DNA of 64,000 nt. Source: a virus. Shown here piece by piece: positions 28,953 through 38,816 of this stretch. The stretch covers positions 27,729 through 91,728 of IMG/VR virus record IMGVR_UViG_3300028196_000006, one strand, 5' to 3'. Every line of letters starts with the position of its first letter. The stretch's first letter is position 1. A program made the translations under genes and the position numbers. Below the pieces are notes generated by a model that saw nothing but the letters and a program-made list of their open reading frames with translations, did not search any database and was not told the DNA's origin.

Positions 28953-31406
28953 ATGAACTTAAATGTTATAGCAAAAGACCTTTTTAACAAGATCAGAGGA
29001 CAATTTCCACAGGTTACATTGGGAAATTCAAATGGACAAGCAACCACTGAGCCCACTGAAGCAAGGTTCTTTGACTTTGATTTCAAAGAGAGCGGAAACA
29101 CCCTAGGAAAGGTAAGTATTAGTATTAGTGAGGAAGATGGGCTGGTTGTAATGCACAGCAAAGACTTTGTTGAACAGTCAGATGAGCCATTAAAACACGG
29201 TTGGTACAACTTTTTAAAAGAATTAAGAAGTTTTGCTAAAGCAAGAGTGCTTGGGTTTGATACAAGAGATATCACAAAAAGTAATCTTGAAAAAAGAGAC
29301 TATGATTTTTTAGGACAAGGTAAAGAGGTAGAAACAGTGAGCGAATCAAATTTATACGGTACAACAAAAACAAGTTTTCAAACAGTTGGTGAAGCAAGAC
29401 TAGTAATCAAACATTCAGCACCTGTGAATCCAGCAGTAGCAGGCGGACGTACTCACAGAATAGAATCTCTTTTTATAGAAAGCAACGCAGGCGAAAGATT
29501 CAAATATCCAATCAAACATTTGAACGGTGCTAGAGCAATGGCTCGTCACGTATCAGAAGGTGGAAATCCATTTGATGACTTTGGTAAACACATTTCAGAA
29601 ATGAGTGCAGAGTTAAATCAATTAAGAAAATTCAAAACATACATGAACAGATCAAATGTTATGGCAGAAGGCTTAAAACAATATCAATCTGTTGTGGATG
29701 AAAGAATTGAAGAAATTAAATCAAGTTGTTTAAAATTACAAAAACAAAACAACTATAAAGAAACTTTTGAAAGTTATAGCAAATCAGAATTAGCAGAAGT
29801 TCCAGAAGATGTTAAAAAATCTTGGATTGATGAATTAACTATTAAAACATTTAACGAAGAATTACAAGATGTATTTCCTTACATCTATAAATTGGTTTCA
29901 GAAAGAACAGCAATAGAAGAATTAGGACCAACATCATTTGAAGCACATGGATACCAAGGTGGTGTTGAACCAAGAACTTTAAAGTACGATCTAGTTGGTG
30001 ACTTTGATCCTGAAAATCCAATTAGTGATATGGAAATAGACAATGTTCAAAATTTATTATCCAAAGCAGGTATTTCAGCAGATGTACAATCTGATCCATC
30101 AAACTTTCAAGGTGTAGTTGTACACACAGATAATAATCCAGAAGAAATAGAAAAAGTATTGGGTGGTATGATTGAAACTGTGGATAACTTTCATGAGTTT
30201 GAATCAGCAATGGACGATATTGTAAGAGAAGATAACGGATTGTTTTCACAAGATGCAGACGAACAAAATTTAGCACTAGAAAAATTAAACACACTAATGG
30301 CAAAACATTTTCCTGTAGGTGTTAATGGTACAAACGGAATTGAAAGTCTAGCAGGTATAATTGATGATCAAGAATTAAATGCTGAAATTGAAAAAGCGGC
30401 AAATGAAGATTCAGATGCTTGTATGCGTCCAATGATAATGGATTATATTTCACAAAAAGATCCTACACTGGTTTCAAAAATTGAAACAGGCGACATGAAC
30501 AATGAGCCTAAAGAAGAAGAGGACGTTGCAGAAGGTCATTATCCACATATGAAAAGTTTTGATAAACTTTATGGCATAAAGGATGTACAACAATACAAAG
30601 CCATGGCGGATGATGCACAATCAATGGACATGGAAGAATTCAAGGACACATACAACAGTACGATTGATATGGCTGGAGATTTTTATCAAGATCATCAAAA
30701 AAATGAAGCAATAACATTTGAAGACATTAAACCTTATGTGTCTATGTACAAAGGTGACGATGGTAAGATGGTGTATGATATTTTAGACAAAGATGAAAAA
30801 TCTGTAACAAAATTTAATAATGCCAAAGACGCAATGGAATATCTAAGAAAAAATTTCGACAAATTAAAATCAAATGATTCAGAAATTAAAAACGAAAACG
30901 AAACAGATTACGAAGGTTCAATGGATTATGAATTATCTGGTGATGACGGAGAAGTGGCTCACGGCACAATACACTACAAAGCAATCAACGGTGTGGTTGA
31001 TCCAAACTCGCTAGAAGGTAGTTATGAATATGATGGCAATCATAAAATTAATGATGACGTAGCAGATGAGATGATCAAACCAGGTGGCGAGGAACATGAA
31101 GAAGCACTGAAAGCCGCTCAAGAAGATTATGAGTATGAAGCAGGACGTATGAAATCAAAATTTGGCATGGAAAATCAAGACGATAAAGAGTTAAGCAACA
31201 AAGAAGAAACTGTAGAAGATTTTGTTAAAAGTTTCTTTGACTACACATCAAATCAATTTCCTAAAGGTGAAACAGCAGTATTAACTTCAGTAGAAAAGAA
31301 ATTTGGCGACAATGCTGTGAAGACTGCACAGGAAACAATCCAAAACTTAATGGCAAATAAAGATCCCGAAATTGCCAAAATCAAAAAACTAGCAGGCGTT
31401 CAATAA
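28953..31406 (+). CDS. large acidic hypothetical protein (probable head-associated protein)
   Basis: 817 aa; ATAAATA 6 nt upstream; GERFKYP..HLNGARAMARH; C-terminal IKKLAGV. Confidence 0.6.
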   Translation: MNLNVIAKDLFNKIRGQFPQVTLGNSNGQATTEPTEARFFDFDFKESGNTLGKVSISISEEDGLVVMHSKDFVEQSDEPLKHGWYNFLKELRSFAKARVLGFDTRDITKSNLEKRDYDFLGQGKEVETVSESNLYGTTKTSFQTVGEARLVIKHSAPVNPAVAGGRTHRIESLFIESNAGERFKYPIKHLNGARAMARHVSEGGNPFDDFGKHISEMSAELNQLRKFKTYMNRSNVMAEGLKQYQSVVDERIEEIKSSCLKLQKQNNYKETFESYSKSELAEVPEDVKKSWIDELTIKTFNEELQDVFPYIYKLVSERTAIEELGPTSFEAHGYQGGVEPRTLKYDLVGDFDPENPISDMEIDNVQNLLSKAGISADVQSDPSNFQGVVVHTDNNPEEIEKVLGGMIETVDNFHEFESAMDDIVREDNGLFSQDADEQNLALEKLNTLMAKHFPVGVNGTNGIESLAGIIDDQELNAEIEKAANEDSDACMRPMIMDYISQKDPTLVSKIETGDMNNEPKEEEDVAEGHYPHMKSFDKLYGIKDVQQYKAMADDAQSMDMEEFKDTYNSTIDMAGDFYQDHQKNEAITFEDIKPYVSMYKGDDGKMVYDILDKDEKSVTKFNNAKDAMEYLRKNFDKLKSNDSEIKNENETDYEGSMDYELSGDDGEVAHGTIHYKAINGVVDPNSLEGSYEYDGNHKINDDVADEMIKPGGEEHEEALKAAQEDYEYEAGRMKSKFGMENQDDKELSNKEETVEDFVKSFFDYTSNQFPKGETAVLTSVEKKFGDNAVKTAQETIQNLMANKDPEIAKIKKLAGVQ

Positions 31407-31425
31407 AAAACTTTACCATTATCGG

Positions 31426-31454
31426 TTGACTAAATAGTAATATTAGTATATTAT
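31426..31454 (+). promoter_or_regulatory. sigma70-type promoter TTGACT-N17-TATTAT upstream of SSB
   Basis: Intergenic with correct spacing. Confidence 0.55.
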
Positions 31455-31539
31455 TTGACTTAATGTTATTTGTATATACTAATATTTTAAAGGCACATAA
31501 CATAATAAAAAACAGGCATAATAAAGGAGGCTTAAGATT

Positions 31540-32502
31540 ATGGCAACACTACAAGAGATAAGAGCAAAACTGAAAGAACAAGAAGTTAAATCAGGTAGCT
31601 CTAATACAAGAACAGGCGGAGACAACGCCATTTACCCATTTTGGAATCTAAAAGAAGGAGAGCAGGCAACTGTTCGTTTCTTGCCAGATGGCGATAAAGA
31701 AAACACTTTTTTCTGGAAAGAAAGGTTAATGATCAAATTACCTTTCGCAGGAATCAAAGGTGAAACAGATTCAAGACCAGTGCAAGTACAAGTTCCATGT
31801 ATGGAAATGTACGGCGAGTCTTGTTCAATCTTATCCGAAGTAAGAGGATGGTTCAAAGATCCTAAATTAGAAGATTTAGGAAGAAAATATTGGAAGAAAA
31901 GAAGTTATATTTTCCAAGGTTTTGTAAAAGACGATCCAATCGGAGAAGAATCAACTCCAACGAATCCAATTAGAAGATTCATAATTGGTCCACAAATATT
32001 CCAAATAATTAAAGGAGCATTAATGGATCCAGATATGGAAGATCTTCCAACTGATTCAACAAGTGGTGTTGATTTTAGAATTATCAAAACATCCAAAGGT
32101 GGATATGCTGATTATTCAACATCATCATGGTCTAGAAAATCAAGACCTTTAACAGAAGATGAAAACAAAGCGATTGAGAGTAATACACTTTTCAATCTTA
32201 ATGATTTCCTTCCAAAAAAACCTAGCGAAGTTGAAGTTAAGGTTATGAAGGAGATGTTTGAAGCATCTGTTGACGGTGAAGCATATGATCAAGATAAATT
32301 TGGTCAATACTTTAGACCCGCAGGCTTGTCATCAAAAACAGGTGATCCAATAACTCCGAAAGCAGAAACTCCAGCACCAGCGGCTGAAGTGAAAGCAGAA
32401 CCGGTTGTTGAAACACCGCAAGAAGCACCAAAGCCAACTGCTGAATCAAGCGGAAAAGCAGAGGACATCTTAGCAATGATAAGAGCAAGACAACAAAAAT
32501 AA
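31540..32502 (+). CDS. single-stranded DNA-binding protein (T4 gp32-like)
   Basis: VRFLPDG, VPCMEMYGESC, YWKKRSY, GVDFRIIKTSKGGYADYSTS; AAGGAGG RBS. Confidence 0.9.
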   Translation: MATLQEIRAKLKEQEVKSGSSNTRTGGDNAIYPFWNLKEGEQATVRFLPDGDKENTFFWKERLMIKLPFAGIKGETDSRPVQVQVPCMEMYGESCSILSEVRGWFKDPKLEDLGRKYWKKRSYIFQGFVKDDPIGEESTPTNPIRRFIIGPQIFQIIKGALMDPDMEDLPTDSTSGVDFRIIKTSKGGYADYSTSSWSRKSRPLTEDENKAIESNTLFNLNDFLPKKPSEVEVKVMKEMFEASVDGEAYDQDKFGQYFRPAGLSSKTGDPITPKAETPAPAAEVKAEPVVETPQEAPKPTAESSGKAEDILAMIRARQQK

Positions 32503-32515
32503 TAAAGTATATTGT

Positions 32516-32533
32516 TGGGGAGGCAACTCCCCA
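32516..32533 (+). other. GC-rich RNA hairpin with GCAA tetraloop
   Basis: TGGGGAG-GCAA-CTCCCCA, no U tract, between SSB and uvsX. Confidence 0.65.
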
Positions 32534-32555
32534 CACAACTTGAAGGTAAAAAATT

Positions 32556-33623
32556 ATGGTGAAAGCATTTGACGTTTCTAAGTTTCGTAAAAACTTAACT
32601 AAATCAATCACAGGCATGAGTAGTGGATTTAACGATCCTACTGATTGGATTAGTACAGGTAACTATGCCTTAAATTATCTTATTAGTGGTGACTTCAACA
32701 AAGGTGTTCCGCTAGGTAAGGTTACTGTGTTTGCAGGAGAATCTGGTGCAGGTAAGAGTTATATCTGTGCAGGTAACATTGTAAAAGCGGCACAAGAACA
32801 AGGTATCTTTGTAGTCTTAATTGACTCAGAGAACGCACTTGACGAGAGTTGGCTTAAAGCTCTTGAAGTTGACACAGCAGAAGATAAACTTCTTAAACTA
32901 AACATGTCAATGATTGATGATGTTGCTAAAACTATTAGCACGTTCATGATTGACTACAAAACAATGCCAGACGAAGAACGTCCTAAGATTTTGTTTGTAA
33001 TTGACTCACTTGGTATGCTATTGACGCCTACTGATGTTGATCAGTTTAACAAAGGTGACATGAAAGGTGATATGGGTCGTAAACCTAAAGCACTTACATC
33101 GTTGGTTAGAAATACTGTTAACATGATTGGTAGTTGTAACGTAGGATTAGTTTGTACTAATCACACATATGCATCACAAGATATGTTTGATCCAGATGAT
33201 AAGATATCAGGTGGACAAGGCTTTATCTATGCATCATCTATTGTAGTAGCAATGAAAAAATTGAAACTAAAAGAAGATGAAGACGGTAACAAGATATCAG
33301 AAGTACGTGGTATTAGAGCAGGTTGTAAAGTGATGAAAACTCGTTATGCAAAACCGTTTGAAGGTGTACAAGTTAAAATTCCATATGAAACAGGAATGAA
33401 CCCATACAGCGGTCTTGTTGATCTTTTTGAGAAAAAAGGCTTGCTTGTTAAAGACGGAAACAGACTAAAATATATTGATTCTAAAGGAGTAGAAAGCAAG
33501 GAATATCGTAAGGTATGGGAAAGTGGTGGAGAACCATTAGACAACATTATGAAAGAGTTTTCAGATGGTTCTAATTCTATAGAAGAAATTAAAGAAACAA
33601 ACATTAGCACAGAAGAGGAATAA
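32556..33623 (+). CDS. uvsX: RecA-like recombinase
   Basis: ISTGNYALN, AGESGAGKS, IDSENA, VIDSLGML, TNHTY, SGGQG. Confidence 0.93.
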   Translation: MVKAFDVSKFRKNLTKSITGMSSGFNDPTDWISTGNYALNYLISGDFNKGVPLGKVTVFAGESGAGKSYICAGNIVKAAQEQGIFVVLIDSENALDESWLKALEVDTAEDKLLKLNMSMIDDVAKTISTFMIDYKTMPDEERPKILFVIDSLGMLLTPTDVDQFNKGDMKGDMGRKPKALTSLVRNTVNMIGSCNVGLVCTNHTYASQDMFDPDDKISGGQGFIYASSIVVAMKKLKLKEDEDGNKISEVRGIRAGCKVMKTRYAKPFEGVQVKIPYETGMNPYSGLVDLFEKKGLLVKDGNRLKYIDSKGVESKEYRKVWESGGEPLDNIMKEFSDGSNSIEEIKETNISTEEE

Positions 33624-33626
33624 GAC

Positions 33627-33842
33627 ATGGAAGGAAGTCAGTTAGTTGAAATTTGGCAATTTTTTAAAGAATATCTCGACAGGAAACAACCTATTAAGGT
33701 AATTGCTGAAAAATTTGTAGATATAATGGCAGACTATGGTATCGGAGACGAAGAGTTTCGTGAGGCCTTGGGTGCAGATGATGATCTTGATAAAGCAATT
33801 CAATACTATTTGGATGCTGAATCTGAGGACGAGGACTTTTAA
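33627..33842 (+). CDS. hypothetical acidic protein
   Basis: 71-aa ORF tightly packed between uvsX and uvsY. Confidence 0.65.
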   Translation: MEGSQLVEIWQFFKEYLDRKQPIKVIAEKFVDIMADYGIGDEEFREALGADDDLDKAIQYYLDAESEDEDF

Positions 33843-34300
33843 TGGCTGGTTGGTATCAGAAAATAGCAAGAGATATTGGTGTTATTCCTGATGCCATCAG
33901 ACACTATGAAGACGAACTAGAAGTAGCAAAGTCAGAAATTAGAATCAGAGGCAATCTTGAAAAAGCATCAGCAGATATGCCTGGGATTGTTGAACAAAGA
34001 TTCAATCAATTACAAGAAATAGAAGCAGTCTTACAGTATATGAATATCGAACTACGTAGATTGCGTTCGTCACATTTTAAAAAATATCTAGAAAACTATC
34101 AAAGAGCATTGTCCAGCAGAGATGTTGAAAAATATGTAGACGGTGAATCAGATGTGGTTGATTATGAAAAAATAATTAACGAATTTGCACTGTTGAGAAA
34201 CAAGTGGCTAGGTATTACCAAAGGACTCGATCAAAAACAATGGCAAATGACCAATATTGTTAAGTTAAGAGTGGCTGGCATGGAAGACGCTTCCATATAA
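33842..34300 (+). CDS. uvsY: recombination mediator
   Basis: Helical; EKYVDGESDV...KGLDQKQWQMTNIVKLRVAG matches the UvsY-like C-terminus. Confidence 0.7.
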   Translation: MAGWYQKIARDIGVIPDAIRHYEDELEVAKSEIRIRGNLEKASADMPGIVEQRFNQLQEIEAVLQYMNIELRRLRSSHFKKYLENYQRALSSRDVEKYVDGESDVVDYEKIINEFALLRNKWLGITKGLDQKQWQMTNIVKLRVAGMEDASI

Positions 34301-34322
34301 CACATTACCAAAAAACATTCCA

Positions 34323-34329
34323 ATAAATA
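34323..34329 (+). promoter_or_regulatory. late promoter (ATAAATA) heading the glycan island
   Basis: 6 nt before ATG 34336. Confidence 0.65.
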
Positions 34330-34335
34330 TTCAAA

Positions 34336-35076
34336 ATGAACTTGAATATTCCATCATACATCATCACAATGCAAGGCAATCAAACAAGTGAATTGCTATC
34401 TCAACAATGTTTCGATTCTGCCAAAAAATTTAGTATAGAACCAAAAATTTTCCCTGCAATTCATGGCAAACAAATAGACATTGAATGGAAAAAACACAAT
34501 TTGAAAGATTTTAAATTTAATCAAAGAATAAAAAAATTAAGTTTGGGCATGAAAGGGTGTACGTTATCACATTTTTTATTATGGAAAAAAAGTATAGAAA
34601 TAAACAAACCTATACTGATACTTGAACACGATGCATTAATAATCAGACCCATTCCTCACAGCATTGTTGCTAAATTTGACGAAGTGTGCAATCTTGATAG
34701 ACTGAGTAGATTAACCACAGACTATGACAACAAAGTTCAAGAACATCGTGGAGAAGGTGTGACTGTGTTCATGAAATCAAGACCAATGGCATCAGGATTA
34801 GAACTGTATAATAAAACACACATTAAAGGTGCTCATGGTTATATTGTTAAACCACAAGGTGCTCAAAGATTAGTGGATTGGGTATGGGCCTCTGGTGCAT
34901 TGGCGTCAGATGTTTCCATCAACAGCATAAGTTGTGTGTTAACTTATTCAGATACCAGTTATTGTCGAATAAATCCGCAGTTCTGGAACTCAAAACGAAT
35001 GAAGGGCACCAATTCTTTTACCAGACCCAATAAACAAGATAAGAAATTAATGAGAGAGGCTAATAATGGAATTTGA
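34336..35076 (+). CDS. glycosyltransferase family 25-like
   Basis: YIITM, FPAIHG, GCTLSHFLLW, ILILEHDA, GAHGYIVKPQGA. Confidence 0.8.
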   Translation: MNLNIPSYIITMQGNQTSELLSQQCFDSAKKFSIEPKIFPAIHGKQIDIEWKKHNLKDFKFNQRIKKLSLGMKGCTLSHFLLWKKSIEINKPILILEHDALIIRPIPHSIVAKFDEVCNLDRLSRLTTDYDNKVQEHRGEGVTVFMKSRPMASGLELYNKTHIKGAHGYIVKPQGAQRLVDWVWASGALASDVSINSISCVLTYSDTSYCRINPQFWNSKRMKGTNSFTRPNKQDKKLMREANNGI

Positions 35077-35965
35077 CAAACTACACATTGGCGGAGACTT
35101 ACCTATTAAAAAATCTCATGTGATATTCTTCAGTTGTGATCCTGCATACTGGGCAGAACATGGACAATACTTGGCAAGAAGTACACTGTCTTTAAACAAA
35201 AAGAATCTTATCCACATACATGTACATATGATCTACGAACACAATCAAACACACAACTTAGAAAATTTAATCCGAGACGAAAATATAACATACACCTATG
35301 AAACTCACAGCGAAGGATTTTATGATCAGTTTCAATTAGCAAAGGATCACCCAAAGTTTAGTAGAGGACCAGAGATATGTAACACAAAATCAGACGATGA
35401 ACTAAAAAGAAAAATATATCTATCCAGTGCTAGATTTTTTTATTTTGATAGATTTTTTGAAAAATTCCAACATGTTGTTCAACTGGATTCAGATGGTATT
35501 GCTAGAGAACGAATTCCTTTACACGAATTCAAACTGATTTCTTCATGGCCCGCGGCAATGCGTAAACCCAAAGATCCGAGTGTGTACATTGCTAGTTGTG
35601 TGACGCCTGGAATAGGTGAACCTGGCGATAAATTTAAAAAAGAATTATCACAAAACATGATTGAAGCATTTAAAAAACCAATTTATTGGTTTGTGGATCA
35701 ACATGTATTAAAGAAATTATTAGATGCAAGAGAGTTTGTGTCTATACCTTATAAATGGAACAGTTGGGGACTTAAATCTGGTGGAGAAATATTCAGCACA
35801 GCAAAAGGCAATAAGAAATATGGATTTAGATACAAAGCATTAAAATATGCATGGTTCGATGACAAAGACAAATTGAAATTTCATAAAAATATGTCGGACA
35901 AAATACAACTGGAAAAGATGCAACAAAAAATGGCAAAGAAAAATAGAAAAAATGACAAATCCTAA
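35066..35965 (+). CDS. putative GT-A fold glycosyltransferase
   Basis: FFSCD..Y, ARF, QLDSDG (DxD), WFVDQ, TAKG. Confidence 0.55.
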   Translation: MEFDKLHIGGDLPIKKSHVIFFSCDPAYWAEHGQYLARSTLSLNKKNLIHIHVHMIYEHNQTHNLENLIRDENITYTYETHSEGFYDQFQLAKDHPKFSRGPEICNTKSDDELKRKIYLSSARFFYFDRFFEKFQHVVQLDSDGIARERIPLHEFKLISSWPAAMRKPKDPSVYIASCVTPGIGEPGDKFKKELSQNMIEAFKKPIYWFVDQHVLKKLLDAREFVSIPYKWNSWGLKSGGEIFSTAKGNKKYGFRYKALKYAWFDDKDKLKFHKNMSDKIQLEKMQQKMAKKNRKNDKS

Positions 35966-36533
35966 AGGATACATTATACATTTAAAAAATCATCAAAAAT
36001 CTGTTGAATGGAGTAATCATGCACTTACAACAGGACAAAAATTTGGATGGAAACTAGAACTGTATGATGGTGTCGATGGCACAAAAGAAAAGTTAGAAGA
36101 CTACAAAGTAAAAATTTACCCACACAATAAAAAATGTGTTAGACTGTTATCAAGACCCGGAACACAAGGATGTTTTCTCAGTCAATACAAATTATGGAAA
36201 AAATGTTTTAAAGAAAATAAGGAAATTTGTGTATTTGAACATGATGTTGTGTTTAAAAAACCTTTCAGCATTGAGCAAGAATTTTCAGACATTTTAAAGT
36301 TTGAAGGATTCCAACCTACTAAACCAATGCCTGTAGGACAATGGTGGGAAGGTGCTAGAGCATACTGTTTGAAGCCTTCTGGTGCTAAAAAACTGTTAGA
36401 TTTTGTTAAGCACAAAGGAGCCATGCCAGCAGATTGGTGTATCAACAATGGCATATTGGATGTTAAGTTTGATTTAAATAACAAAGTTACATTTGATTCA
36501 AAAAAATTTAGTTTCACAAAGGATTTAAAATGA
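35952..36533 (+). CDS. glycosyltransferase family 25-like
   Basis: YIIHL, DGVDG, GCFLSQYKLW, VFEHDV, GARAYCLKPSGA. Confidence 0.78.
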   Translation: MTNPKGYIIHLKNHQKSVEWSNHALTTGQKFGWKLELYDGVDGTKEKLEDYKVKIYPHNKKCVRLLSRPGTQGCFLSQYKLWKKCFKENKEICVFEHDVVFKKPFSIEQEFSDILKFEGFQPTKPMPVGQWWEGARAYCLKPSGAKKLLDFVKHKGAMPADWCINNGILDVKFDLNNKVTFDSKKFSFTKDLK

Positions 36534-37309
36534 AAAGGTTAATATTTCAAGTAAGTGTAGGTAAACCTAGCAAGTTGTACACCACTTGTATCAACAGTGT
36601 GGCAGAATATTGTAAAAAATATTCAATAGATCACATAGTGTTAACGGAACCAAAACTAAAAATAAGACCAGATCCTTCAAGAACAGGTAGAAGTTTACAA
36701 GCAGTGGAAAAATTAGGTTACATGCCTATTTACGAGAAAGAAAATGCTTTTGAATACTTTGATAGATATGATCAAATTGCAATAGTAGACAGCGACATAT
36801 ACATAAAACCAACAGCACCTGATATATTTTTAGACTTAACACAAGAATATGACTTTGGTGGTGTTGCTGAAAGAGAATTACCGTTGACACCTAAATATAA
36901 AAACAAAATTACCAAATACTCACGCAGTGCTTTCACCAATCTAAAAGACGTTGATTGGCATTGGAATCACTTAGGTGCTGAATTTTACAACATGGGACTG
37001 ATGGTGATGAACAAATCGTTTGCCAAATACCTTAAAGGTCAAACACCTAAAGAATTTATTACTAGACCAGAATTTAAAGATTTTGTTGATGGTGTTGGTT
37101 TTTACAAATGGAGCACAGACCAAATGTTATTAAACTGGTTTGTAAAAAAAGAAAAAATGAAATGTAAAAATATGGACTGGCGTTGGAACTCTTTGTACAC
37201 AGCAGTAACCAAAGACAGACAACATGAAAGTTTCTTCACTCACTTCTTTTTGAGAGATCACCTACCAGAACGTGGCGAAAACATAGAAGAGATATTAAAA
37301 AAAATATGA
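36530..37309 (+). CDS. GT-A glycosyltransferase (GT8/GT34-like)
   Basis: YCKKY, IVDSDI (DxD), YNMGLMV, TDQMLLN, WN..Y, HF. Confidence 0.7.
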   Translation: MKRLIFQVSVGKPSKLYTTCINSVAEYCKKYSIDHIVLTEPKLKIRPDPSRTGRSLQAVEKLGYMPIYEKENAFEYFDRYDQIAIVDSDIYIKPTAPDIFLDLTQEYDFGGVAERELPLTPKYKNKITKYSRSAFTNLKDVDWHWNHLGAEFYNMGLMVMNKSFAKYLKGQTPKEFITRPEFKDFVDGVGFYKWSTDQMLLNWFVKKEKMKCKNMDWRWNSLYTAVTKDRQHESFFTHFFLRDHLPERGENIEEILKKI

Positions 37310-37965
37310 ATATAATTTTACAACATTGGACAGGAGAACTAGGTCCTCTAGAATTGGCATCTAAAGCAAATATGGAGAATTATGCAAAATATTGCAAAGC
37401 GTCATATGAATTAGTTTTAGGTAATCAATTTAGACCAAAATTAAATCCTTGCTGTCAAAAATTAATAATGCTGGATGAAAAATTTGACATATATGATGAT
37501 GTGCTAATGGTAGATCTCGATATGTTTGTAACAAAACACGTTAAAGAAAATATATTTGATATACCCGGAGTTGGATTAAATTCTGCAATTCAACAGACAT
37601 TGTTTGCTTCTATGCTAAAACATAAAAAATATAAAACATTAATGGATAAGGATGGTCCTTTTTGGGGAGGAGCATTTTGGAAATTTACAAATCAGCAAAG
37701 AAAACAGTTAAGAAAATTTATTGTCGATAGTGAAATGAAAATCTTTAATGGAAATTTCAATGACGAAGGAATAATACATAGATTAGCAAGTCAAGCCAAA
37801 ATGAAACAAGCAGATGTATCTGAAGAATGGTGCTGGGGAAATTGTTTTCCTGGTTATGAAAAAGCAAAAATGATACATATTAGACACAAGTTCAAATTAG
37901 AAGGACCAAAAGTTTCTAAAATAGAAGTTTTAAATCAATTAAAAAAAGAAGGAGTTGTTGAATGA
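37306..37965 (+). CDS. GT-A glycosyltransferase (GT8/GT34-like)
   Basis: YAKYC.ASY, MVDLDM (DxD), NDEG, IH. Confidence 0.6.
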   Translation: MNIILQHWTGELGPLELASKANMENYAKYCKASYELVLGNQFRPKLNPCCQKLIMLDEKFDIYDDVLMVDLDMFVTKHVKENIFDIPGVGLNSAIQQTLFASMLKHKKYKTLMDKDGPFWGGAFWKFTNQQRKQLRKFIVDSEMKIFNGNFNDEGIIHRLASQAKMKQADVSEEWCWGNCFPGYEKAKMIHIRHKFKLEGPKVSKIEVLNQLKKEGVVE

Positions 37966-38816
37966 AGATATTAGTAACCGGTGCTACCGGATATATTGGT
38001 GCCCACTATGTTAAAATTGCGGCAGAACATGGTCATGAAGTGGTCGCCACTGATTTTAATTTTAATCAAAATAACATAGAAAAATATTCATCACGAATTA
38101 TTAATTGGGACTTTCGTAAACCATCTCCAATGAAGATGTCGTTTGACAAAGTAGTGCATATTGGGGCAATGGGTAAAGTTCCTTTATCAGTAAAAGATCC
38201 TTGGTTATATTATGAAACGAATGTAGTTGGTACAAAAAACGTGATCGACTTTGCTGAATGTGATCACTTTGTTTATTGTTCTACTGGTTCAGCATTTGAT
38301 CCTGCCGCGTCACCATATGCGGCTACAAAGTACGGTGGTGAGTTACTCACAAAACAGTTCAAAGAGAATCACAGTCTTGTTCGGTTCTATAATGTGTGTG
38401 GTAATAACGGATTTGATAAATTTGATGACGAATATTCTCATCTGATAAGAAAAGCGGCGGCGGTGGCTAACGGTAAGTTTGATACATTAGAAATCTTTGG
38501 TACTGATTATGATACTCGCGATGGAACTTGTATTAGGAATTATACCCATGTTATAGATATTGTTGATTCTCTACAAAAGTTGGTAGAAAATAAACCAACT
38601 GGAGTTATTGATTGTCTTGGATCACCAGAAGGCGTATCTGTTAGGGAAGTTATCGATACAATGTGTAACGTATCAAAGAAAAACCTACATGTCATCGAAA
38701 GAGAAAGACGACTGGGCGATATTGCTGTATCAACTGTACCAGATAAATCAATTCACTTCGAGCAAACTAAATCAGTTGCTGATATGTGTATAGATGCTTT
38801 GGAGCGTGAAGTATGA
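37962..38816 (+). CDS. galE: UDP-glucose 4-epimerase-like NAD-dependent epimerase
   Basis: ILVTGATGYIG, YYETNVVGT, SPYAATK, RFYNV, IFGTDYDTRDGTCIRNY.HV. Confidence 0.82.
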   Translation: MKILVTGATGYIGAHYVKIAAEHGHEVVATDFNFNQNNIEKYSSRIINWDFRKPSPMKMSFDKVVHIGAMGKVPLSVKDPWLYYETNVVGTKNVIDFAECDHFVYCSTGSAFDPAASPYAATKYGGELLTKQFKENHSLVRFYNVCGNNGFDKFDDEYSHLIRKAAAVANGKFDTLEIFGTDYDTRDGTCIRNYTHVIDIVDSLQKLVENKPTGVIDCLGSPEGVSVREVIDTMCNVSKKNLHVIERERRLGDIAVSTVPDKSIHFEQTKSVADMCIDALEREV

